DNA of 64,000 nt from Octopus sinensis. Its lineage: Eukaryota. The stretch lies in NCBI RefSeq assembly GCF_006345805.1, contig NC_043007.1, positions 73,222,001 to 73,286,000 of the forward strand, written 5' to 3'. The position numbers and the translations under genes are program-made. This document shows positions 52,878 through 64,000 of the stretch, in pieces; the stretch's first letter is position 1; every line of letters begins with the position of its first letter. Under the pieces are notes generated by a model, which did no database searches, was not told the DNA's origin, and saw only the letters and a list, made by a program, of their open reading frames with translations.

Positions 52878-53107
52878 TTTCTTTACTACCCACAAGGGGC
52901 TAAACATAGAGAGGACAAACAAGGACAGACAAAGGGATTAAGTTGATTGCATCAACTCCAGTGCGAAACTGGTATTTTATTTATCGACCCCGAAAGGATG
53001 AAAGGCAAAGTTGATCTCGGCGGAATTTGAACTCAGAACGTAACGACAGATGAAATACCGCTAAGCATTTTGCCCGGCGCCACGCTAAAGTTTCTGCCAG
53101 CTCACTG

Positions 53108-53110
<3 letters not shown>
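52878..53110 (-). mobile_element. SINE family B
   Basis: Reverse complement of the 14717-14943 type. Confidence 0.85.
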
Positions 53111-53163
<53 letters not shown>

Positions 53164-53204
53164 TATATATATACATATATACACATACATATACATACAT
53201 ACAC

Positions 53205-53298
<94 letters not shown>

Positions 53299-54013
53299 GT
53301 GTGCATGTGTGTGGTGTGTGTGTTAACTGGTCTTAGCTTTTGGATAGCAATTTCAAACCATTCCTAAGCTATTTCAGATATGTAGTTGACTTGTGATAAG
53401 CAGACTGTCCCAAAATAGTTCCCACTCTCCCATCCACTCTCTCCCTCCTGCTATCTTTGACATACTCCAGCTGTATACATCTAACAACATTCATTCAAAC
53501 CCCTCTAAATATTTACAGTAGTGGACTAAAAGTCATAAATATGTTGGCTTGTTTTTGAATTAAACTGTTTATTTTGGGGCATTCTTTTTATAGATGCCTT
53601 CTTTAGAAGAGAAAGATGAAAAAACACAGTGTTCTATACAGCATGAAGCTAACTTCACAAATATTTATGATCGAATCCCTCATTAAATTCATTTTATTAG
53701 AAGGGATTTTTTCCAGTTTTTATTTCACTAATTAGCAAAAGAAAAAAATACTTGAGTCTGAAGAAATTTGTGAAGATCTGAATCAGCAATAAAAAGAAGA
53801 AAGTTAAAATTCTTGCCACCGGCATCGACATGGCTGTATGGTACAAAGCTTGCTTCACAACCACATGGTTCCAGGTTCAGTTTCACCTTGTGGCAGCTTG
53901 GGCTAGTGTATTCTCCTACAACCAATTGTTCTCAGTACTGAGCTGGTAAAGCAATTTTATCAACCCTAGACATCTGTGAGTGGATTTAGTAGATGAAAAT
54001 TGAAAGAAGCCTG

Positions 54014-54047
<34 letters not shown>

Positions 54048-54161
54048 CAGGCTTATATAAATACAATAAGAGGCTTCCAAATAGGAAAGCGTTGTGCTAG
54101 ATCACAAAAAGGGATAAATTCATGAAAGGAATGAAATTAAAAACATTTACCATCTCAACTA

Positions 54162-54238
54162 TATCCCAGACCGACGGTTTCTAACTATTTCCAGCAAAAA
54201 AAATATATTTGCCGAAGGCAAGTTTCTTCAGTGGGACA
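54162..54238 (-). ncRNA. Type I hammerhead ribozyme (family H4) in a ~300-bp island between (TA)n tracts
   Basis: TGTCCCA-CTGAAGA-AACT...AGTT-A-GAAA-CC-GTC-GG-TC-TGGGATA: 7-bp stem I, 3-bp stem III, GUC site, one extra A before GAAA. Confidence 0.7.
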
Positions 54239-54350
54239 GCCTTAATAATCCTGATGCATAGACTGTTAGAACCACATGTAGATCTAACGGTTTGTAAATC
54301 CTAACTTTTCAAACATCTGCGCAGACGCAAATCATACCCGGCAACAGAGA

Positions 54351-54403
<53 letters not shown>

Positions 54404-54787
54404 TAATGGACTCTCCTGTTGTTAGACGATGTATGAGGGTTTGACAATTTCTTACTGAACAATCATACAGATGATTTGTTTATAGTGATCAAATGTTTGT
54501 GTAGATACAAGCTAACTCCCTCCATCAAATCGACATTACCTGTACAAGTGCATGTACCTGTACATATCAGATGTCGAAATGATCGTAGAGCAACACGAAA
54601 TGAAGTGCTTTGCTCAAGAACACAGTGCAACGCCTAGTCTGGGAATCGAACCCACGATCTCACAATCATGAGTGCAACACCCTAATCACTAAGCCATGCG
54701 CCATCAAAGATCTTGTAAATGAAATAGAAAAACAAAGTATGTATACATACATACATACATACATACATACATACATACATACATACA

Positions 54788-54820
<33 letters not shown>

Positions 54821-55366
54821 GCAAGCCTTGAATACTACAGGGTGGCCACCTACCACTGAATCAGCTCATAATCAATAAGGAGAAGAATGCCTACCATGGC
54901 TTTTCGTCCATGATAAATGATTATCAGAGTTGAATAGATCTAGAGATGACCAATGTATGTGTAGATTGTAATGGCATACCAATCCCATATCTCTTCTACA
55001 ACATAACTAATTCTACTAATCTAAATATAATAGACAAATGGAACAATCAAAAGAAAGTGAAAAAAATGGCTTCAGCTAAAAGAGCAAGATTAAATTTCTA
55101 CTGAGGCAACCACAACAACAATTTTACTTCTGACAATCATATCAGTCAATCATTTGTGTGTACAGTCTTAGCAATTAGTGTACAAAAACAATCTAATCAT
55201 GTGAAAAAATGTTATGTAATTTTATAAAATATTTCTAATGTTTCTCTCAAGTAATTTTGGTATAATAATTCCCCAAGAGAATATATGAATCTAACAATCT
55301 AACAATTTTAATATAGAGTTAATTCACGTGCTCTGTTGTAGTATGTTGCATAATGTAGTTCTCAAA

Positions 55367-55675
55367 GAGTTTGTTTGTTCCTTCTCGAGCCACACCTGGC
55401 TCATAAGGGCCAGTTTCCTGGTTTCCTTGGTGTATAGGTTCCCCACCTGGACAGGACGCCTGTCTGTCACAGGTGAGCTGCAAGATGCATGAGGAAAGAG
55501 TGAGAGAAAGTTGTGGCGAAAGAGTCAGCAGAAGTTCACCATTACCTTCTGCCGGAGCTGTGTGGAGCTTAGGTGTTTTGCTCATAAACACATACATCGC
55601 CAGGTCTGAGATTCGAACCCGCAATCCCTCGACTGTGAGACTGCTGCTCTAACCACTAGGCCATGTGCCTCCACA
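55367..55675 (-). mobile_element. tRNA-derived SINE (additional family)
   Basis: Minus head GGCACATGGCCTAGTGGTTAGAGC...GGGTTCGAATCTCAG (A and B boxes) and an (AAAC)n tail. Confidence 0.7.
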
Positions 55676-56174
55676 CTCAAAGAGTAATTACTTAAATTTG
55701 CACTTCTAGATTGTATATTCTAAATATAGTCTTGCACATTGGTATTGGCATCAGGAATGGCAGTGGCATCATCGTTAAAGGTCAACTTTTCTATGCATGC
55801 ATGGCTCAGATGGAATTTGTTAAGGGGGATTTTCTATAGCTGGATGCTCTTCCTGTTTCCAACTTTCAGTTGTTTCCAAGCAAGATTTCAACACGGCCAG
55901 ATTTGCTTTTCATGAAAGATTGATAAATGAGCAGCACTGCTTGTGAGATGGTGAGGCTCATTTGCAACTATCACACAATGTCAAAATCAGGAAATCAGGA
56001 GGTGCGCACGCATGCACATGCACACACACACACTCTCTCTCTCACACACACATGCATGTACATCACAAGCTTCTTTCAGTTTTTCTGTCAAATCTACTTA
56101 GAAGACTTTAGTCTGTCCAATGCTGTAGCAGAAGACACTTGTCAAGTTGCCATGCAATGGGACTAAACCCAAAT

Positions 56175-56720
56175 ATATCTCATATAAAAATCTGTTCTGT
56201 CTGTCTGTCTGTGTGTGTGTCTCTTCTCAGATCTCGGGCATCCTCCATCCGATTGAACTCAAATTTGATATGTAGATACCAACGGTATCAGGGCGTGTAT
56301 AAGTTTTGAAAAAATTACAAAAATCGATTCCAGGTGAAAATGCGATTGATAAAACCGTTTTTGTCCTGATTTTCTTCCGTTAATCTGTACATAACTGCAC
56401 CTTCCATTTTTTGTTGTTTTTGTACTGCTTAAAGGCACGTTTCTTTCCTGCCAAGCTTACTGTTTAAACCATGTTTGTGTTCTCCCAGTCAGCAGCCGTA
56501 TCATTACTGGTACTTTAAACTCTTCAGTTGCATATTTGTGTGAATAAAATCGTTTTTCTTTGGAATAGAAAAAAAGTCTATCTTTATTTCTTCTTTTGCT
56601 CGCATCTCAAATTTAGGTTAAATCAGTGTTTCTCAAAGGGGAGGCCTATGGGAGGGTCTGACTTGTTGTTTTGAGAAAATTTGGTTTAAATGTTTGACAA
56701 CTCAGCACCGTTCATTAGAC
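56175..56720 (+). mobile_element. Possible Helitron/DINE-like non-autonomous element 5' portion
   Basis: ATCTCATATAAAAA-(CTGT)n-...CCGATTGAACTCAAATTTG architecture and locally CpG-rich; no 3' hairpin or CTAG identified. Confidence 0.35.
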
Positions 56721-56839
56721 GGAAGGTGTTTTGCTTATATATATATATATATGTACATATACATACAAATGTGTGTGCATTCACTTATGCGAATTAAAAA
56801 TTCAGTATTTTTCCATTGCTCATTAATACTTTAACATAT

Positions 56840-57517
56840 TACAAAGAAGCTATATCATATTGATAAACTTTCAAAAGGAGGAGAAACATATTGGACCTGT
56901 CAACATGGACTGCTAATTCAAATTTGAGTTGAAGCATTGATATTTGCTGTCAGACTGATATTTCTAAATCTAGATGAGAGAACATGATCCCTTTAACTAG
57001 ACATTATCTTACATGTGAGATGTGATGTTGTAACACATAGCTTGAAATTAGGTTAACTTTATGGACTAAGGACGTATCATTTCATAAACAAAATACTTCA
57101 AACCATATATTGAGATCGACAATAAAAACAAAAACTTATGAAGTTTGTTAATGTTTTGGGTTTTATATGACCCTAAACTCATATAGAAAAGAGGATTCCA
57201 AGACAAATCTGAATAAAATAACTTATATTGACCTCTTTTAAGGCCAACCAAGCAGCAAGCAACATGTTGTTTGAATAGTGTTGTAGCTAAGACTTTAAGA
57301 GATAAAAACCACCTTTGGAGGAGTCAAAGAAAGCAGGTAGCAGGGACATCCAGAAGCTAGACAGAAAGCAAGATATTAGTCTTATTTACTTAAAAAAAAT
57401 ACAGTAAGTAGAAAGTTTGCCAGTATTCGATATCATGAAGACAGATGTCTAGGATTGATAAAATTGTTTTACCAGCTCAGTACTGAGAACAATTAAAGCT
57501 AATATATCTTTGAAAAT
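56840..57517 (-). repeat. Right arm of long inverted duplication
   Basis: For example GGAGGAGTCAAAGAAAGCAGGTAGCAGGGACA here matches TGTCCCTGCTACCTGCTTTCTTTGACTCCTCC at 46801. Confidence 0.85.
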
Positions 57518-57669
57518 ATAGCATATGGTTTCAGGTTCAATCCCACTGTACAGCCCATTGGGCAAATGTCTTCTACTATTGTCTCAGACCAACCAATGCT
57601 TTGTAAGTGAGTGTGGTAGACAGAAACTGTGTGGAAGCTCATCATACATACATACATACATACATACAT

Positions 57670-57938
57670 AAAGGATGTGTAAGATATTTGAGGACAGATT
57701 TATGTTTATAAAAAAACATATATATAATAACAGATAATAACTTTATTTATCAAAAGATGCTATGAGGATAAAAATAAACCTCCCTTTCTATAATGTTATT
57801 CAATAAAGTCACCTTCAGCTTCAACAATTACTTCTATACGAGATCTAAATCATATGCATGCTCAAATCAAATGGTCTTGGTTCATTTTGGACATTACTCA
57901 GACTATGGCAGCTTTCAAAGAATCTTTGGAATTGTGGG
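57670..57938 (-). mobile_element. Tc1/mariner-superfamily C-terminal fragment
   Basis: HNSKDSLKAAIV*VMSKMNQDHLI*ACI*FRSRIEVIVEAEGDFIE*; internal stops are consistent with CGA>TGA decay. Confidence 0.65.
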
Positions 57939-58427
57939 CTTTTCATCCTTTTAGGGTCCATAAAATAAGTACCAGTTGGATACTGGGGTCAATGTAATCA
58001 AATTACCCCCCTCCCAAATTCCCAGCCTTGTACCAAAATTTAAAACCAATATTATTGTAATTATTATAATACCATAATATAAGGTGGCACCTGACAGAAT
58101 CACATTGGACAAAATGCTTGGTGGTATTTCTCCTGACTCATTATGTCCTGAGTTTGAATTCTGCTGAGGTCAAATTTGAATTTCATCTTTTGGGGGTCGA
58201 TAAAATAAGTATCATTTGAACCCTGGGGTTGATCATATTGACTTACCTTCCCCCAAAATTGGTCGCCTTGTGCATATGAGACCAAGAATAATTATGTGAC
58301 AATATGCTATACTATTAACACACCAATATCCAGCGGCTTAAACCACCGCTATACATGTATGTGTATATATTTACGTATGTGTGTGTATGTATGTATTTAT
58401 GTCAGTGTGTGTGTGTATGTGTGTATA

Positions 58428-58471
<44 letters not shown>

Positions 58472-59950
58472 CACATACACATATACATACATACGTATAC
58501 ATATGTATATGTGAGTGAGTATATATGTAAGTATATATGATTTGTCTGTAATCATTGTTTATATAAAGTAATGATGCTGATATGGCTGAGTAGTTAAGAG
58601 GCTCACTTCATAAACATGAGTTCACCAGTTCAATCCCACCAAAGGATATTTTGCAAAAGTGTCTTTTACTTTACAAAAATTAGATAGACAGAGACTCTAT
58701 CTTTTGGATAGATTATTGCTGTGATTCAATGAGTCCAGCCTCATTACATACTGTATCAAGCTGATTTGGTCTGAGAATTATAATAAGGGGTTATGTATCC
58801 AAGAGATACTCAATCACTTTACATGTTAATATGACTAGGAAGAAGGGAGTGAGTTGGCAGAATCATTAGCATTCCAGGCAAAATTCTCAGCAGTGTTTTG
58901 CCCATCTGAGTTCAAATTCCACTGAGGTCGACTTTATCTTTCAACCTTTCAGGGTTGATAAAATAAATACCAGTTGAATGCTGGGGTCAATGCAATTGAC
59001 TTACCCCTACTCCGAAATTACTGGCCTTGTGCAAAAAATATGAAATCTGTAAGGCAGTAAACCGATAGAATCATGCCGGGCAAAATGCTTAGCAGTATTT
59101 CGTCTGTCTTAATATTCTGAGTTCAAATTCCACTGAGGTTGACTTTGCCTTTCATCCTTTCAGGGTTGATAAAATATGTACCAGTTGAACACTGGAGTCA
59201 ATGTAATTGACTTATCCCTTCTCATGATATTGCTGGCCTTGTGCAAAAATTTGAAACCAGTGTATGTACCAATAAGTATTTCAGTTGACTGAAAGAACCA
59301 AATTGTTCATTGTTGAAACTGATTGGAAAGCCTTCATCATCATCATCCTCACCACCACCACTGCTGCCACCGCCACCACCACCACCATCACCACCACCAC
59401 CACTATCATCATCGTTATATGAATACAGAAGTTTCAATTGTTTAATCAATATATTTGTATATATAAATAAAGTTTGGCAGATTGTGCCACAAATAACAAC
59501 TTTTGGCAGACTGTGCCACAAACAACTACGTTTTAGGACGGAAAGTTACCTTTTATCTTTTACTTGTTTTGGTCTTTGGACTGCGGCCATGCCGGAGCAC
59601 CACTTAAAGGATTTTTATCAAACAAATCTACCCCAATACTTATGGTTTTTTTAGTCTGGTATTTATTCAACAGGTTTCTTTCTCTTTTGCTGAACTTCTT
59701 AATTATGGGGATGTAAACAAACCAACAACAGACTTTTACTTACTGTCTGTCTACAAAAGTAACTGGCAGGGTATCGGTCATTCTTGGGCTACAGTAAAAG
59801 ACACTTGCTCAAGGTGTCACACAGTGGGACTGAACTCCAAACCATGTGGTTGAAAAGTAAGCTTCTTAACCACGCAGCCAATGTCTTGCACCTTTGAAAT
59901 TTTAAACTTTTAAATATAAAAACTTTATGACATTAAATCATCATCTAATA

Positions 59951-61028
<1,078 letters not shown>

Positions 61029-61030
61029 TA

Positions 61031-61340
61031 AAAGGTGAGTCAAAAAGTAATGCCATTTTGTTTTGGACAGGTATAATTACCAGCACAGGAACATGTATGA
61101 TACGTCAAAATGAAGCTGGTTCTCTGTAAATCACATCCCTACTTCTCAACATATAAACTGTTTCTCTCAATAGCAATGTTCCACCTTCGAATGAGAGCAT
61201 GTATCTCTGCTCTGTAAAATTCTGCTGACTGTTCTTTGAGCCACTTCTTCACTACAGTTTTCATTTCCTCGTCACTGAGGTAGTGTTTGCCTCTCAGACC
61301 CTCTTTCATGGGGCTGAAGAGATGATAGTCCAGCGATGAA
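61031..61340 (-). mobile_element. Mariner transposase C-terminal fragment with one TIR
   Basis: SLDYHLFSPMKEGLRGKHYLSDEEMKTVVKKWL...FYRAEIHALIRRWNIAIERNSLYVEK; terminus TA|AAAGGTGAGTCAAAAAGTAATG. Confidence 0.8.
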
Positions 61341-61693
61341 GAATTTGTCAAGTACAGGGTTTAATTATGTAAGAGATTATATAAATAACAAGGAAACAAG
61401 CAGTTATGTAATGAACTTCATTAGCTTACAGCCGTTTCTGCTGTAAGATGTAATGCACTCATAGGTGAATGCTTGTGTATCAATTTATAGCTTTGTCAGA
61501 GCTTATATATCATTTTATCATTTACTTGTTTCAATCATTAGACATCTCCTTGGAATTTTTAGTCAAATGAATTACCCCAGAACTATTATTTTTTTGTAAA
61601 GCCTGGTACTTATTCTTCTGGTCTATTTTGCCAAACCACAAAGTTATGGGAATGTAACAGCAACACTAGTTCCCAAGTAGTGGTGGGAGATAA

Positions 61694-61873
61694 TGAGGAG
61701 GTACTGGAAAGTTCCTGGCTTTAAGATTATTGTGAAGGGCCAACCTTCCAAATTCTTTTACAGGGCTTAGAAAAACTGAAGGGCTGCTGCAATAAGTGTG
61801 TGAATCTGAGAGGTGGATACGTTGAATAAGATCATAAGTTACTTGATCCACTTGCATTTTCAGCACACCCTTG
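61694..61873 (+). mobile_element. Mariner-derived MITE (~180 bp)
   Basis: Imperfect TIRs GAGGAGGTACTGGAAAGT / ATTTTCAGCACACCCTTG|TA; internal CCNKCVNLRGGYVE* relic. Confidence 0.55.
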
Positions 61874-61945
<72 letters not shown>

Positions 61946-61949
61946 TATA

Positions 61950-62300
61950 GAGGGCATTATTACACATAAATTCCACATGCTAGGAGGGACTCTTAAAGTC
62001 AAAATTACTAAAATAAATAAACATATCATACCGAGTGCAATTCTCGAAGCAAGTCATTTAAAAAACAGAATTCAGCTGCATATCACCTGTGATTTCGTAA
62101 TCAGTGCAGTGGTGTGCCCTCTTTACTTATCAGTGCAAGCATAATTCAAGATTTATAATGAATGAACAAAATCAACATACCAGATGAACAACTATCGTAT
62201 CCACCCATATCGTATTCGGTACGATATGTTTATTTATTTTAGTAGTTTTGACTTTTAGAGTCCCTCCTAGCGTGTAGCATTTATGTGTAATAATGCCCTC
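61950..62300. mobile_element. Fold-back MITE with ~90-bp TIRs (GAG termini, possibly Sola-like)
   Basis: GAGGGCATTATTACACATAAAT...CATATCATACCGAG vs TTCGGTACGATATG...ATTTATGTGTAATAATGCCCTC; TATA on both sides. Confidence 0.75.
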
Positions 62301-62415
62301 TATATTATATAAATAAATATATTTAAGTGAAAAAATTGGTGGATTTTTTCTCTTATGAGGTTTTTCACGCTGACTACTTGATAAATTCTTATGAAGATTT
62401 TAGCCTATTTTTAAA

Positions 62416-62489
<74 letters not shown>

Positions 62490-63295
62490 GTGATTGGCTT
62501 CTTTTTCAGTTTCTGTCAATGAAATCCATTCACATGGCTTTGGTCAGTCTGGAGTTATAGTAGTAAACATTTGCCCAAGGTGCCATAGTAGTAAGTAATG
62601 TATGTATAGACTTAAAAATAGTTTTCTTGACAAAACCAAGTCTAAATTCATATTTAATGTGTACCACTTCGGTAACACTCAAGAACTAGTAAGTTTGTCA
62701 CTTGTCATGACATATTGCAAAAATAAATCATCATCATCATTTAACGTCCGCTTTCATGGGTTGGACGATTTGACTGAGGTCTGGTGAACCAGACTCCAAT
62801 CTGATCTGGCAGAGTTTCTACAGCTGGATGCCCTTCCTAATGCCAACCATTCCGAGAGTATAGTGGGTGCTTTTACGTGCCACCGGCATGAGGGCCAGTT
62901 TGGTGGTAATGGCAACGGCCACGCTCAAATGGTGCTTTTTATGTGCCACCTGCACAGGAGCCATTCTAGCAGCACTGGCAACGACCTTGCTTGAATGTTT
63001 TTTTCATGTGCCACCAGCACAAGTGCTAGTAAGGCGATGCAGGTAACGATCACGCTCAATTTTTAAAGATCTAAATAAATAATAATTATAATAATAATGA
63101 TTTCAAATTTTGGTACAAGGCTAGTAGATTTACGGGAGGACTAAGTCGATTGTATTGACCCAATGTTCAAACCTGAAAGGATGAAAGCAAAGTCAACCTT
63201 GGCAGAATTTGAATTCAGAATGTAAAGATGGACAAAGTGGTACGAAGCATTTTGCACAGGACACTAACAATTCTGCCAATTCACCGCCTTTAATA

Positions 63296-63360
63296 ATGAT
63301 GATGAAGAAGAAGAAGAAGAAGAAGAAGAAGAAGAAGAAGAAGACGACGACGACAACGAT
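63296..63360. repeat. (GAT)/(GAA)/(GAC) trinucleotide microsatellite
   Basis: Seen directly. Confidence 0.9.
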
Positions 63361-64000
63361 TGCCCTGATGCAGTATTAGGCAGCAGTTCTTGTGGCTTTT
63401 AATCTTAACTGATTGGAAGTGTTATCATGTACATTGCTTTGTCTTGGTATAAAAAGATGGGCTACAACAAATATTCTGCTCAGTACCACAGATTTGCTTG
63501 TCAGTTGTTTGACCATAACCAGTTGGTGTTTGAATAATTCACCTCTGGAAACATGGGCGTTTTGTTCATCATCCTTAAAACAATCCTTATTCAGGGACCT
63601 TTTGAGCAGGGTAGGCTACTCAACCTGAAGAAAATTATAACTGGGCCCCACCTGCAAGATTATGCACTGTTTATCTTGATATGAAATCACCATATTGTGC
63701 ACATATGGTTATGATGCATGTGCCTGGTGTACTCCTTATCAGATGGGTAGTCATGATGGGTATATTGGGCTTCATATATTTGTACCCAAGTGTCACTTTG
63801 ATGGCATGCGCTACTCTCTCACATAATAATAACGATAATAATAATAATAATAATTTCTAATTTAGGCACAAAGATAGCAATTTTGAAGGAAGGGGTTTAG
63901 TTGATACCACTGCCTTCAGGACTCAAATTGTACTTATTTTATCAATCCTGAAAGGGTGAAAGTTGTAGGCAACCTTGGCAGAATTTGAACTCAGAATGTA

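Noticed and set aside
55600-55675. tRNA gene (also similar heads at 24700-24760, 37444, 39582 and 40940-41010)
   Set aside because: A and B boxes are present but no complete cloverleaf is evident, and the heads continue into repeated SINE bodies.
59222-59654. Poly-Pro and poly-Gly ORFs
   Set aside because: (CAC)/(CAT) trinucleotide repeat between SINEs; no splice sites or domain similarity.

Overview
AT-rich, repeat-dense eukaryotic DNA. The SINE, RTE and MITE families and the very long (TA)n tracts look like a coleoid cephalopod (Octopus-like) genome; this assignment is from recognition, not a search. One host gene is clear: lysocardiolipin acyltransferase LCLAT1 on the minus strand, with four coding exons (33103-32927, 19106-18908, 16675-16563, 5976-5826) joined in frame by GT-AG introns. 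The remaining exon(s) lie left of the window. The rest is transposon debris: Tc1 and mariner remnants, piggyBac-like MITEs, RTE and CR1 LINE fragments, a decayed Penelope-like element (PLE), several tRNA-derived SINE families and microsatellites. Nearly all long ORFs in the track are microsatellite artefacts. The most interesting signal is about 14 hammerhead-ribozyme (HHR) motifs from at least 5-6 families of short, non-coding elements anchored in (TA)n. Several have an intact catalytic core and one family has a non-canonical CUGUYGA core, suggesting a PLE-dependent, retrozyme-like system. Also notable are a piggyBac-like element with an ATAT target site, a ~0.7-kb inverted duplication with arms ~9.5 kb apart, two short local templated insertions into SINEs, and inverted repeat pairs near LCLAT1 exons that could be ADAR substrates.
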